Shown: piece after piece, positions 12,108 through 25,490 of the stretch | How positions within the stretch are numbered: position 1 is the stretch's first letter | Layout: each line of letters begins with the position of its first letter | Assembly: GCF_036321535.1 (NCBI RefSeq) | Contig: NC_087437.1 | Coordinates: 7,316,001-7,380,000, forward strand | Origin: Camelus dromedarius | Lineage: Eukaryota | Reading direction: 5' to 3' | Length of the DNA stretch: 64,000 nt | The notes under the pieces: model-generated | What the model saw: the letters and a program-made list of their open reading frames with translations, nothing else | The model's database searches: none | What the model was told of the DNA's origin: nothing | Made by a program: the position numbers and the translations under genes

Positions 12108-12699
12108 TATCTCTTTGTTGTAACTTTAGGGTTGAAGACTTAGCAAGCCCATTTGGACACACACTTAAATCCTATCCTACAATGTATAAAATGACATTTT
12201 TAATCAGCAATAAAATGACATTTTTAATCTCCATCTTTCTACTCTAGGGTCTGCTTGTCAATTGAATCCAAACTCTGGAGAGGAAGAGAGCATTCCTGTG
12301 TGTTGACTGGCCAAAACTCCTCAGCTGGAAAGCAGCTTCTTTACCTACCTAAAAACCCACATCTCTAAGAATCAGCTTAAATGTCACCTCCAGAAGTCTT
12401 GCTTGATTCCAATACCTTTTCTCCATATTTTTCCAGAGTATAACTTTATCACAGCACACGTTTGCACTCTATTTTCCATATTCCTCTGTGCTCGTTCAAA
12501 TTGGAGGGTATGTTTTAATTTGAATTTACATCACCACACTCAATTAAGCCTAGCAGAAAGCTGTGTTTAGTAAATGCCTATTGAATGCAATACTTGAGAA
12601 ACTTTACCTGGTTTGCTTCAGTCAATAGTATGAAACTACTTTATTCCCCAAATCTTTTTTTTCTGAAAAGTTTTACTTTCAGTGCTTTGGTCTACGGTT

Positions 12700-12850
12700 T
12701 GGTGACGTACAAAGAGCATTAACTTTTGACTAACGTGGAGTTGGATTTCAAACTTAACTCTGCTACTTTTTACTTTATGTAGCATTGGGCAACCATTTTC
12801 CATTTCTGAAGTTTAATCTCCTCATTGTAAGATAGAGATGATCATTGATA
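12700..12850 (+). mobile_element. MIR SINE fragment
   Basis: aaagagcattaacttttg...ttcaaacttaactctgctactt...ttgggcaa...tctgaagtttaatctcctcattgtaagatagagatgat. Confidence 0.5.
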
Positions 12851-12867
12851 GAATTTCAGGAATGGAT

Positions 12868-14480
12868 TTTTAAAATAGTTTTATTGAGATAATTCACATA
12901 TTATACAATTTATACAATCATACATTTAAAGTGTACAATCACCAGAGTCTAATTTTGAAATACTCCCATTGCCCCATAAAGACACCCAGTACACCCAATA
13001 GCAGTTCTTCCCCATTTCCCTCTTCCTCTTAACCCTAAGCAAGTGCATATCTGCTTTTGGTCTCTTCACAATGGTCTTTTCTGGATATTGAATATAAATG
13101 GGATCATATAATATGTGATCTTTTGTGACCAAATCCTTTCACTTAACAGAATGTTTTCATCTATGTTGTAGTATGTATCAGTACTTCATTCTTTTCTATT
13201 GCTGAATAATATTCCACTGTATGGGTTTATCAGATTTTTGTTGTTCATTTATTAGTTGATGGACACTTGGGTTGTTTCTACTTTTTGGCTGAAATGCTGC
13301 TATGCTGCTATGAATATTTGTGTACAAGCTTTTATGTGGGCATTTGTTTTCATTTCTCTTAGATATATACCTCAGAGTAGAATTGCAATGTATGAGCATT
13401 CCAATTTCTCCACATTCCTGTCAACAGTTATAATTGTCTACTGTTCCGATTTTAGTCATCCTAACAGATGTGAAGTGGTATCTCATGGCTCTAATCTGCA
13501 TTTCTCTAAAGAATAATGATATTGAACATTCTTTTTCCTGTGCTTATTTATCATTTGTTGATTTTCCTTGGTAAATGTCTATTCATTTCCATTTTCTATT
13601 TTTTTAAATTCGATTACTTGTCTTTTTATTGCTGAGTTATAAGATTTCTTTATATATTCTAAATATAATTTCCTTATCAGAAAAATGATTTCAAATATTT
13701 CTTCACATTCTTGAAGTATCTTTGCACTTTCTTGATGGTGCCTTTTGAGATGTAAATTTTTAAAATTTTGATGAAGTCCAACTTATCTATTTATCCTTTA
13801 TCCACTCATGGTTATGGTGTTATATCTGAGAACAATTTACCTAGACCAATGTCACAAAAATTTATTCCTATGTTTTCTTCTAAGAGTTTTATGGTTTAGG
13901 CTCTTACATTTATTTTGAGTTAATTTTTGTGTATAGTGTGAGGAAAAGTTTCAACTTCATTCTTTTGCATGTGGATATTCAATTGTTTCAGCATCATTTT
14001 TTGCAAAGATTAGTCTTTTTCCTTGAATTATCTTAGCATCTTTGTTAAAAATCAATTGACCATAAATATAAGGATTTATTTTTGTACACTCAATTCTATT
14101 TCACTACCAGAATCTATTTCAGATATACTGACATAGTTTTCGTGAAATATAGAAACTTTACTTGTATACTACTCCATCTTCTACTTCCTTTTTTATGCTA
14201 AAATTGTTGTATATACTATAGCGATATATGTTGCAAGCATGATACATTGTTAAAATTATGTCTTTTAAGGATGTTAAGCAGAGAAAGGACAAGTATGTAT
14301 TTGTAGAGTTGGTTATATTAACCTTCTTATTTACTTTTCCTGTTTCATTTATTCCTGTGGATTTTAGTTATCATCTGGTGTTATTTTCTTACTCCAATAC
14401 AGCAATATTCCTGCCCACCTCCTTTTAACTGCTATCATCAAATATATTACATTCTATATGTTAAAGACACCAAAATACAA

Positions 14481-14537
<57 letters not shown>

Positions 14538-16905
14538 ACATAATTATATTTACTGCCACTGTTTGTTTTTTTATGGGTTTTCAAATTACTGTTTGGGGGT
14601 CACATGTTCAGCTTGAAGAGTTTTCTTTAGTATTTTTTGTAAGGCAAGTCTTTTGGCAATAAATTCTCTCAGTTTTTGTTTATCTTGGAATGTATTTTAT
14701 TTTCATTTTTGAAAGATAGTTTTGCTGTATATGAGATTCTTGGTTGACTTTTTTTTTTACTTTCAGCACTTTTAATTGCATTTTGGCATTTATTGTTTCT
14801 GAGGAGAAGTCATCTGTTAACCTTTGGGTTTCACCTTCACACAGTGAGTCATTTTCCTCTTACTGTTTTCAAAACTTTGTCTTTGCCCTTCAACACTCTA
14901 ACTATGATGTGTCTAGTTGTGGATGTCTTTGAATTTATTCTACTTGGAGTTTCCTAAGCTTTTTCGATGTGCAGATGAACATTTTTCATCATATCTGGGA
15001 AGACTTCAGTTTTCATTTATTCAAATAATTCTGTTGCTCCTTTCTCTCTCACCTATCCTACTGGTTCTTCCATTAGGCTTATGTTAGTGCACTTAATAGT
15101 AACCCGTATTTCTCTGAGGCTTTCCTCAATTTTCCTCCTTTTTTTTTTTTTTTTTTTTTTGGCTATGTTCTTCAGATTGTATATCCTCTGTTGATCTATC
15201 TTCAAGTTCTTTAATTCTCTCTTCTGCCAGCTGCAGTCTACTCTTAAATCCCTATAGTGAATTTTTCATCTTGCTTAGTTCACTTTTCAACCTCATAATT
15301 TCTATTTGGTTCTTTTTTTAAAATCTCTTTATTGATATTCTCTATTTGATGAGACACTATCATTTCATCAAGAGATGGTGATGCATATCTTTAATTCCTG
15401 AAGTAGAATTTTATTTAGTTCTTTGAACATATTTATAATGGCTAAACTGATATCTCTATTAACTCTGACATCTAGTCCCTCTCACGGGCAGTTTCAGTTG
15501 CCTGCTTCCCTCCCCCGCCCAGTATATGGGCCATACTTTTCTGTTTCTTTGTATGTATGTATCATAATTTTTTCCTGAAAATCAGTCATTTGAGATAATA
15601 TATTGTTGGTACTCTGATTATTGATTCCCCTACCCCAGGAGTTGTTACAGTTTTTTGCTTGATTTTTTGTTTATTTGTTTAGTAACTTGGCTGAACTCAT
15701 TCTATTACTTCTATTTTGCCCATGATATGCAGCCTTATATATTGCTCCCCAGAAGGTACAATCTTGGACATACACACAGTCACCCTGATTTCCTCCTCTC
15801 TCCATCGCTCCAGGGATAGCAGTAGTTTTAGCCAGACTACCTTTTATTATCTCTTTCCCTGATTTCCCTGATAAGCTTCTGGTTGGTCTGCCTGTATTAG
15901 TAATACAGCTAGTTGTTAATTTTCACCGATTGCTAGCCATTTGCTCTATTGTTTTTAACAATGCCCTGGGGCATAAACTACTATATACTACATGGACTCT
16001 CTTTCAGGAAAGTCTTTGAGCCATGTCTTTGAGGCTTCCACAGACCCCTGAAGATAACAACTTGGCTATCTCTTTTCCTGGTTCTCTTTGTGAAACTTGC
16101 GGCTGGCTTGCCATTTTCTTGTTGCTATTATGGAGCTACTAGACTTCCTTGAAATGCTCATCACCAAAATCTCCCGTGTCTTTGACAGTGCCCTCCTTTT
16201 TCAAGTTTGGACTTCCCTATACTCTATTCCAGATAAAGTTAGTCTCCTTACAGAGAGCTACGGAGCATCTTACAGCCCACCTCTCCCCCTGGGCAGAATC
16301 TTGGTACCATTGTTCTGGAGCTGGGGCATGGAAAGTGGCCAGCTTCTCTCAGAGTGACACTGCTGCTCTAGGAGGGAGGGCACTAGATCCAGCAGATAGC
16401 CCTATGAGTGAGCTGGGATAAGGGCAATCAGAGCCCAATATTCTTGACCTGAATACCTTGGACAGAGTGCCCACCCTACAAGTAGGTGGAAGAAGCAGCT
16501 CCAAACCTTGGGCCATACTTGACTTGAATAGAGATTTTGCCAGCTGGAAATTGGAAGAGGAGAAATGCTGGTATCCTGTCTCTCCAGGGAGAAACCCTGG
16601 TCCTAGACTGAACACTGGGAGGAGAGGGAGCCTTGTGATGTTGCTACATCCACCAGGAGTAGAGCTTCCATCATACTAAACTGGGGTGAGAAGGGGAGTA
16701 AACCTGGTTGTAGTTCAAATGCTACAGACTCTCACAATTCTTACCAAAACTTTATATATTTTTAAAAATAAATGTTTCTTCATTTGCTACATGCCCTTAG
16801 GATAATTTCTGAAAACTTAATATTTTTTTCTTAAGGCAATGTTCACCAATTATGGTTATTTTGTTGAGGAGAGCATCAGCAGACCTCCTCACTCTGCCAT
16901 TCCAA
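12868..16905 (-). mobile_element. ~4 kb L1MB-type LINE-1 remnant: 3' UTR and ORF2 C-terminus (12868-~14100) joined to ORF1/5' UTR (~14100-16905)
   Basis: Begins with the antisense L1MB 3' end ttttattgagataattcacata; antisense ORF2 C-terminal blocks (gatggacacttgggttgtttc, gtgaagtggtatctcat); ORF1 blocks (tctgaggagaagtcatctgt); ends cctcactctgccattcc; many stops. Confidence 0.85.
14487..14534. repeat. (TA)n microsatellite
   Basis: Directly visible perfect AT repeat inside the L1. Confidence 0.97.
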
Positions 16906-18899
16906 CTCAGTAATGGATGTGTGTTTCATGCATCATAGTAAGTTCAATAATCATTCAGAGTCTTTTTCAAATGGGAGTTTTGCATGTTTTAAAAAAATCT
17001 TAATAGAAATATAATAGTTTATTTGTCTTCCTATTTGTATAATGAGTCAAAGTCAAGGATATGAAATCTTCAAAGATCAGGAACAGAAACAGACCAGTGA
17101 AATTTGAGGAATATCCAGAAACATATAGGAGAAGAATACTGTTATCCCTACAGAAATGAGCATGCAATTTATGCTGCTAATGTAAACCACAAAAAACTGA
17201 GTAAGTTTGTGGTCCAGTCTAAACCTGAGATACGTTTTAAAAATCAGTCTAACGTTTAATTTAAAATGTAATTTTTTAAGTTTTCTGTAAATGTGGGAAA
17301 AGGATATAATTTGATATCATGATGTTTTTAGCTTCTATACCTTGACAATCTTTGCTTTCATGTAAGTCAGGTCCTAAGTCTTCCTCTAGTCTCTCTAAAA
17401 GCTCATTGTGTTCTACCACTCCATCCCCCAAAACAACTGACATGAGCTTTTGTCTTTTCTAGTTTTGAAAAAAAAGTATTTGGATATGTCCATTTCTCTT
17501 CCACCACTAACCCTTTGCTTTTTCCAATGTCAATCACTCAAGCAATTGTTAGTGACTTGCTGTTCCCTCCCTCAATTCTTTTCATGACTCTATACAAGAA
17601 AGACTCAGGATCCAAGCCGACAAACACAGATTTCTTTTTAATAGTACAGATGGATAAGAGGTTTTGGATGCTTCTACATTAATTTTGTGTTCCCTGTTCA
17701 CTAGAAAAAAAAGGATCACTAGTGATGAAATCCTTCTGAAGTGGTAAAAGTGTCAATCATGCGAATGGTGGGCTGGTACCCTAACATAGAGTGTTGACAA
17801 AAATGTTATCCTTGTTTTAACTCCTCACTTATTTTGTTCTCAAGCACTTTGGGAAAACTAAGACATTTTAGTAGACATTTTAATAATACCTATTTTGTAA
17901 AAATTAAATTATATAGCTAGCATAAAAGCCACTTCTTTAATAGGTGTTCGTTTAATGTGGATTTTATTCCTGTTCTCTGCCTACTATTGGGTGGTAGAGC
18001 TTATACATACCAAGAATGAGAGACTGCCACATTCCTTCTGGAGGCTTCTACTGGCTCCTTTGGATCTGCCTGAACATATGAAAATATGCCTAGAATGCTG
18101 GCAATGATTTTCCAGGATTTAGCAGTTGAGAAAAGAATCTCTGACAGTGGCTCAGGGTTATTCACTAACATATTTACTGTACAGATGTATATTGGTAGAA
18201 TTCAAACAAAAACCGATGCAGTGTTCTACATTTGCATTAATTAACACAACACTGGCAAGTGACACTGTGCATAATTTTAAAAATATTTTTTAACTCACTA
18301 TTGTTTACGTCGACCTCTTGAAAATATAATATGGAAATATTTTCCTTACCAAAATAGTTTTTCTTCTGCTTTTTGAGCCTTATGTTTCCTCATTGGAGTT
18401 TTCTCCTAACTCTTTTCTATCTTGTAAAGTTAAAAATTAAATATAGACAATGATTAAAGATAGATAGATAGATACAGACTTATTTTGAGGTTCTAAAACA
18501 CAAAGTTCATATACAATATTAGAATCTAGAAATAAGTACACTCAGGCTGGGAAATTTCTGGTCCCCAAATGTGCATAGAATGGCTTTTACCAGGAAAGTG
18601 AATCTAGACTCCACAAGACCATGAAAACATTCCACCATCTGCAGATATGTTATGTACCACTATTAGTACTACCATTACGAACACCACCATCATCACCACC
18701 ACAGCTACCCCCGACTCCTAGCTCCCAAATGGGAAAGTGTCACTGAGTAAAGAGAACTCAGGGGAAAACTTTGGGTCAAATATATAGTCTGTATCTAACT
18801 AGTTCTGCTAAGGTGGAGTTAGGGCAGTTTGCTGGTTAAACTTGAAGCAATCAAATATATATCCGTCCTTTGAATGTATGAAGGATCCTGCTTGACTCT

Positions 18900-19011
18900 G
18901 ATAATTGGCAATTTATAATGTGAGTGGGAAATAACATTAGTAGTTTAAAACCACTGAGATTTCCCAGTTATTTGCTACTGCAGCAGAACCTGGCCTTTCC
19001 TGACTAATGCA
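18900..19011 (+). mobile_element. MLT1 (I/J-like) LTR 3' end fragment
   Basis: tttaaaaccactgagatt...tttgctactgcagcagaacctggcctttcctgactaatgca. Confidence 0.5.
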
Positions 19012-19069
19012 AGCTCTTTACATTCTGTCATGACAAGCACAGATAAGGACAGTAGGTGCTTAATTAAAC

Positions 19070-19505
19070 CAGCAAACTCTTTTGAGTGGCTGCTAAGGAG
19101 AGAAGCTATTGAGCACTAAAGACACAGGATAAAAAAATATATATTGTCTCTGACCTCAAAGAACTCACAGAATAATGTGAGAGAGAGGGAGAGAGGAGGC
19201 AAATGGAATACAGTATAGTGGATGCTCTGATAAAGGAAGCACAGAAGAATCTTGTATGAAAATGTCATATATTGTGGGGGAGAGAAAAGGAGGTAGGCCA
19301 TCCCTTAACACTTCTAATGACATCTACTGATGGATTAGCTAGAAAGGAGGAGGATGAAGCAGCATGAACACATATATCAAATTACAGCAGTGGAAGGAGG
19401 CTAGGGTATGAGAAGCAGAGAGGTGAAGATGAAGCTAAGGCCAGAGCAGGAAGGGCCCTGTGTGTTTGAATTGTATCCTAAAGGCCATAAGAACTCAAGT
19501 AAAGG
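19070..19505 (-). mobile_element. L2 LINE fragment
   Basis: ctctgacctcaaagaactcacag...tgtttgaattgtatcctaaaggcca (antisense L2 blocks). Confidence 0.5.
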
Positions 19506-19509
19506 TTTG

Positions 19510-19546
19510 TGTAGCAGTAGCTTTTGTGCCCTGCTCCACATCCACC

Positions 19547-19592
<46 letters not shown>

Positions 19593-20046
19593 AACTATAA
19601 AACTATAAATATATGTAACTATATATACTGCCAACTTAAGACCTCAAGGGCACACAGCAGTGTTTTTACTCTTCTGCTTCAGAACTTTTTCTAAAGCTAT
19701 GGAAAGCACAACTAGGAAGTATAGGGCGTTAAAACCCTTTGGGCAGCCCTCAACTATAGGGGACAATGGCTGGAAGAGAAATGTCCCAGCCTCTTACTTA
19801 CACTTTGAAGGAATGATTCTAATGTGCAAATACTACACGGTTCCTCAGAGAATCCCCAAGCAAGACTAGGTCACTGTTCCCACAGTGGTAACCAACTCAC
19901 TAACACACCCTTGATTGATTTTCCCTTCTTGCCTGTCTTGCTCTAGCCACATCACCATCATAGCATTCTGGTGTCCCCTTTGGATAAATACTTACAACCA
20001 AATTCGTGCCTCAGGCTTTGCCTTCTGAAAAATCCAAATTAAGATA
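19510..20046 (+). mobile_element. ERVL solo LTR, LTR16-like
   Basis: Starts tgtagcag...tgtgccctgc; cccacagtggtaaccaactcactaacacacccttgattg...ataaatacttaca...cctcaggctttgccttctg...ccaaattaagata. Confidence 0.65.
19547..19592. repeat. (ATCT)n tetranucleotide microsatellite
   Basis: Directly visible perfect repeat. Confidence 0.97.
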
Positions 20047-20094
20047 AATAGCCAAGTCAAGTAAGATGTGTTATATGTTAAAAGTTTGGTTTTT

Positions 20095-20440
20095 TTTAAG
20101 GTAAAACCATGAATCTTCTACAAATACATAATGAACATATATCAAAGATTTTATTTAACTTATTAATTGATGAGGGATCCAGTAAGATGTTACAACTAGT
20201 TTAAAGGAGAATTCAAAGTATTACACAAAATAGCTCAGTCAGGATTACTAAAATTCATTTACTGAAAAACTGGTGGGATTTTTGTTTGTTTTTTGTTTTT
20301 GGAGCAGAAAGGTCAATTGTTCCCTCACCAAGCAGAGTCATATGCATCTGTATGGACTGGATCCATTTGTACTGCTATCTATTATCTACAGTTAAAGAGT
20401 TGTAAATAAGTCAAAGACAATGAAAGGCAGAGATAACCTT
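20095..20440. mobile_element. Possible old ERV1-class repeat fragment
   Basis: aagattttatttaacttattaattgatgagggatccagtaagatgttacaactagtttaaaggagaattcaaag is a block I recall from a eutherian repeat; family uncertain. Confidence 0.3.
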
Positions 20441-20832
20441 GGAGGGTATCAGATAGGACACTGTTCAAAGTCATTTACAACTTTTCTTACAGATGAAATT
20501 AGGGAAGATCAGCAGAGACACCTCAGGAGGAATTAGTTCAATATCCACATGACAGGAACTCACTGGGAGAGGAATAAACTAAAGGTGCTTTTGAAAAGTA
20601 GAAAAACAGTGCTTGTTGACTGGATGTAGGAAATATAAAAGGAAGGACTGAAAGATAGCTCCATGTCTATAAAGGGTGGTTGGATGTTCCCATTTATTGA
20701 ACTGAATTGAAAATTATGGGAGTAGATAAAGGTTGAAAACTTTGGTGGGGGAGAGGGGAAGCTGTCCCTAACCAAATTTGATATTACCAATATCTTACTG
20801 CTCTCATCTAGATGAAAGGTTAGAAAATGAAA

Positions 20833-21085
20833 GGCAGCAATGGCATAGTAGTTAAGAGGCTAGCATAGGTCTTGGAGTCAATCAAACAAGGGTTGAAGCA
20901 TGATTTACCACTTCCTCCCTACGTGTGGTTGAGAAGCCGTGTAGACATTCTGAGATGCGATGTGATAGGATTTTTGTTTTCAAAGTTGATGTAAGGATAA
21001 ACTGAACTATTGTTTGTAAAGATCTTATCTTGCTGCTAAGCAGGTAACACATATCTATCTCTTCATACATACTAGCTATTGTCAT
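20833..21085 (+). mobile_element. MIR SINE
   Basis: ggcagcaatggcatagtagttaagag...ttggagtca...gtaaggataaactga...gtaaag...tagctatt. Confidence 0.55.
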
Positions 21086-22257
21086 TTATTCAGAATTGGA
21101 GGAGTATTTTGGGCTCTGCCTGCAAGTACCAAAGGGCTGGAATTGTACTGTTCCAGGATTAAGAATATTAAGTCCTCTATGTGGATTTCTCCATTTATTA
21201 AATAGGGACACAGTTATAACCTGCACTTACCTTTCTCTTTGAAAGTGTTTTACTTTTCAATAGCTAAATGAGACTTGTGTGAAATTAGGATTTATGGAAA
21301 ATGAGGAAAAGACCCATCACCGAGACATATAGTTTAATGTAAATTATTTGTGGCTACCAGCTCACAAGGAGAAGCCACTAACATTTTAAAATTGAAATTG
21401 AAATTTTAGTGTCAAGCTGATGTATTCAGTCATTCCTGATAATGTTCCCCTTTCCCCATATATCAGAGCAGTTCACAGTTTTCCACTGGAAGAAGATTTG
21501 ATGTGGTGAAGAGACTATGAAGTATTGCACAAGGAATGGATTTCTTGGTACCTAAATACACCTTGGTCAAAAATGAATGCCTTTCAGACTTAGAGTTTTG
21601 CATGGTCTGTCTCAAGTGCTTGTCTCTTTTTCTTCACAAGAACAACGAAATCTCCCAAGCTATTGCAAGTCTGACTCAACTTTGTCTTCTTTTAAGAATT
21701 GCAGTGTCTTGACTCCTAGTATTGGTGGCACAGGTGATGATTATGGTGACTGTGGTATTAATTATGACAGGTTATTACAACTTACATTTATATATGGACA
21801 CTTTTTTCACTCATTCCTAAGTGTTATTCTCCTTTACCTCAAGAGACGTGTGTCTAGCCCTTCTAGGATTTTATAACGTCCTGGGTATCCTCAAGTAGGA
21901 TGGTAAGAGAAGCATGAATCTGAGGCCAGAAACAAAGAAGAGAGTGAGGAAAGAAAGAACATTTTCCCCAGACTGGAAGAAGGTAAGAAGAGATTGACAT
22001 GTCTCTGGGTGGACTGTCTAGCCTCAGAGTATGTGATGGTGGGGACACAAAAGTAGACTCTAGGCATGGGACCTCTCAGTCTCACCAAAGCTCTTACAAC
22101 CTGAGTATGACTCAGAACAGCAGAACCCCTAGATGGACAGAAATGTTGTTGGAAGAGCCCGGACAATGGGTTAGCCATTAACCAGCAATGATGGAAAGTC
22201 TTTCTCACTGTTTTATTGCTGGGAAGATAGGATGGATTTTGAATACAACTTTGGATC

Positions 22258-22330
<73 letters not shown>
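22258..22330. repeat. Compound (TG)n(AG)n(TG)n microsatellite
   Basis: Directly visible. Confidence 0.97.
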
Positions 22331-22332
<2 letters not shown>

Positions 22333-23644
22333 GGTGATAAGTAAAATAGAATATTTTTAGCTTATTAACATAAAACAGAGAAAGGTGGTATTTCTTGTCT
22401 CTTAGGTTTGGATTGAGAGTTGATAATGATGATAACAAGAAAATAAGAGGTGTGATTGATTTTAGGGGCTATTATCCCAGGAAAGCTTCACATTCTTAGA
22501 ACAACCTCAAGATAGCTGCTACAAAAAAAAAAAAAAAAATACAAACAATAATACAAAAATCTGGAGAACTTAAGTAAGTGGTAGAGAAGCAAAGAAGTTA
22601 GGTAGCCAGGACTAAAGTGTGGATCTGTTTGACCCCAAAGCTCACTATTTCATGATCACAGACATTTTCACATCTGACCTCACAGCTGGCTTTATGGAAC
22701 AGACAAACCAGACAGCTGGCACCGTAGTGGGATCTGAAAGCTGAGTAAAGGTGCCCCAGAAGATAAGTATTTCCCTCTGAGGTTTATGATCTTAGACAAT
22801 AAAGCAATTCCTGGGGGAGGGAGATGTGAAGTACTTTCTTCTAATTAAGCCACAGTTCAGTTGGAGGCGGATACCCACGCAGGGAGAAGGATTAGGTGTT
22901 TGTATCAGAACAGAGCTGAGGGCTGTGAGGCTGTGGAGGACCAGAGTGAAGTGAGGAGGGACCTATTCCCAGAAACTGCAGGGGCAGGACCGGCTGTTGG
23001 AGTGACGAATCTGTAGGTGAGTGAGCTCATCTCTCCATAGAAACGGAGACAGAATGATGTGCCTACTTACGGGTTTTCACAAAGCTGACTCTGCCCTGTC
23101 ACCACCTTGAACCCTAAGGGCCTCAGGCAGCCTGACAGTCAGCCAAACTAAAGTTTGGAAAAGGTGAAAAAAACCTTGACAAGATATGGGAGCCGGAAGG
23201 GATCTTGTCCAATCATTCGCCAAGTTCTAGACAAGGAAGCTTTTTTCACTTTCCAAATCCTAGCCAGAAGCCAGGTGCCCCAAAGAGACAAAAACAACTC
23301 TTTTGGTCGAAGCTGGGTTGGGAGGCTAGGGTCCTGTTCATTCTTTTGTGTCCCTTCCCTTCTCCTTCCAAAGCATGGGTCTGTTCAACCCTAAGGTCCA
23401 CATGGTCTTAGCAGGGCTAGTTTGAAAAACTTCAGAGAACCCCAGCACCTTATTTTTAAGTGAGCAAACCTAATGCTGAGAACACAAAGGAGTTGCCTGG
23501 ACGCCTTGACTCCACTTTCTTTGATTTCCAAGTCAATATTTTTATTTACTTTTATAGGTAGATTTTCCAACACATCTATCTCTTACATATCTCATTAACC
23601 TTCAGAAAGGATGAGTAATTGGTTGATGATGAGTGGTCCTCTGA

Positions 23645-23878
23645 CAATAACACTGATTCATCTGGTGTCTCTTACATGCCAGGATCCAGGCAGCAATTTA
23701 TCTACATTATTACAACCTCACAACCAAGTTAAGAGCTAAGTTTTATGCCCATTTTATTGATGGGGAATCTGGAGTTCAGAAAAATTGTCTCCCTGGAGAT
23801 CACAAAGAAGTCAGATGGGGAGTCAGAAATTGAATACAGCCCATCTGACTCCTAAAATTCTCATTCTTCCCACTGTAT
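23645..23878 (-). mobile_element. MIR SINE
   Basis: cctcacaacc...cccattttattgatggggaatctggagttcaga...gatcaca...gtcagaaattgaatacag...tctgactcc. Confidence 0.6.
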
Positions 23879-23890
23879 CTAACTGGGATT

Positions 23891-23896
23891 CTGGTT

Positions 23897-23934
<38 letters not shown>

Positions 23935-24196
23935 GAAGTGTAGTTGATTCACAATGTTGGTTTCAGGTGTACAGCCAAGCAATTCAGTTATACATAAATA
24001 TATATGTATAATATATATATATATATAGTTTATTTTCAGATTCTTTTCCGTTATATGTTATTTCAAGAAACTGACTATAGTTTCCTGTGCTCTACAGTAG
24101 GTCCTTGTTGTTTATCTATTTTATATATAGTAGTGTCGTTTATCTATTTTATGTATAGTAGTATATATTAACAAATCCCAAACTCCTAATTTATCA
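23891..24196 (-). mobile_element. Short 5'-truncated lineage-specific L1 with a (CAA)n tail
   Basis: Antisense L1 3' end ttgaagtgtagttgattcacaatgtt...tacagtaggtccttgttg; TSD taactgggatt at 23880-23890 and 24197-24207. Confidence 0.85.
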
Positions 24197-25259
24197 TAAC
24201 TGGGATTTTTATGGAGGGTTTCCTTTCATGTTCTTGGTTTCCCTTCCCAAAAGTTTATCTGGATAAAGAATTCCCTGTAAGTCTGAAATTCAATCCATGT
24301 TAAACACACACACACACCCCGCCACACACAGTCACACACACATATCCACACACGGTGATGATAGATGTCTGTACTAAAACAAAACAAAACAAAACAAAAA
24401 GTCAATTGAACAGTTTCAGTCTCCTTCATTGAATTTACCGAACAAGCCAATCAAAATGATTCTACAGCCTCATGAAGCAACAGCTTCTGTAGTTGGAGGG
24501 ACACTGCCCCAAATCCAAGTGGAAGGCAAAGGACAAGAGAGAGGTAAAGGCAGGGAGGATGCTGCCCCTGAAAACATTGCGGTTCCGAGCTCAGAGCTTA
24601 CTCCACAGGGGTGCCAAGCAAGATGAGCAACTGACCCTATATGTTCAGTGGGAAAATCAAAAAGTAGGCCAAGTGCACATTAGTTAATATTAAAGTGAGA
24701 GTCTCTGGAATTGTTTCTGCAAATCCCTCACTCACTGGTCTAATTAGGGAAAATGGAGGATCCCAATGTCTCAGTAATTTCACACTAGTGGAAAGCGTTG
24801 GGTTACATAAATGTTTACCTCAATAATCCAGGCACGGGGTTATGCCTGCCCCTGAACACTTTGTAAAGGAGGAGAGGACATGAGCCAGACACCGAAGCTG
24901 ATGAAGTTGCTCCCTAAATACGAAAATCAAAGCGAGTCACCGATCCTTGTCACTCTCAGCGTGGAATAATGTGAGAGGAATCCCAGAAACTCCATTTCCA
25001 GTTGCTACCTAGTATTCACTTGTCTCCCACTCAGAACCCACCCTCAGCTCGGGCAGAGGCATGGATGCAGTGAGCACTGACCATCTATCATTTCTGGCTA
25101 GGCAGCTCCAAGATGGGGGAAATGAATTGGCCCCTCTGTCTCTTTTTGCTCTTCTTTCGATTTAATTGTCTTAAAACACCTCAGCAAACACACTCAGTGA
25201 ATGAGCACAGAAAGCAGCATCACTCATCATCCCCATACTTTTGGTCCCCAGCTTTGTGC

Positions 25260-25490
25260 GATAATAATGCCTATTTGCATAGCTCCGTCCAGCTTACACA
25301 ACTCTTTTACCAGCGTCGATTAATTACATGCTCATTTGAATCCAGCTGGGAACCAGACAGTGCCTTTAAGCTGGAGGTGTAGAAACCAACTCTCAGACAA
25401 GTCGGCATCGTCCCCAAGATCACACAGCTGATGAGTTGTGAAGCCATAATTAAAACCCCGGGTCTTCGACTTCTGATTCAGCCGTGTTTC
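25260..25490 (-). mobile_element. MIR SINE
   Basis: ctcatttgaatcc...ccccaagatcacacagctgatgagttgtgaagcc...cccgggtcttcgacttc. Confidence 0.5.

Noticed and set aside
24898..24930. CTGATGA...GAAA hammerhead-like spacing
   Set aside because: The intervening sequence cannot form a credible stem II.
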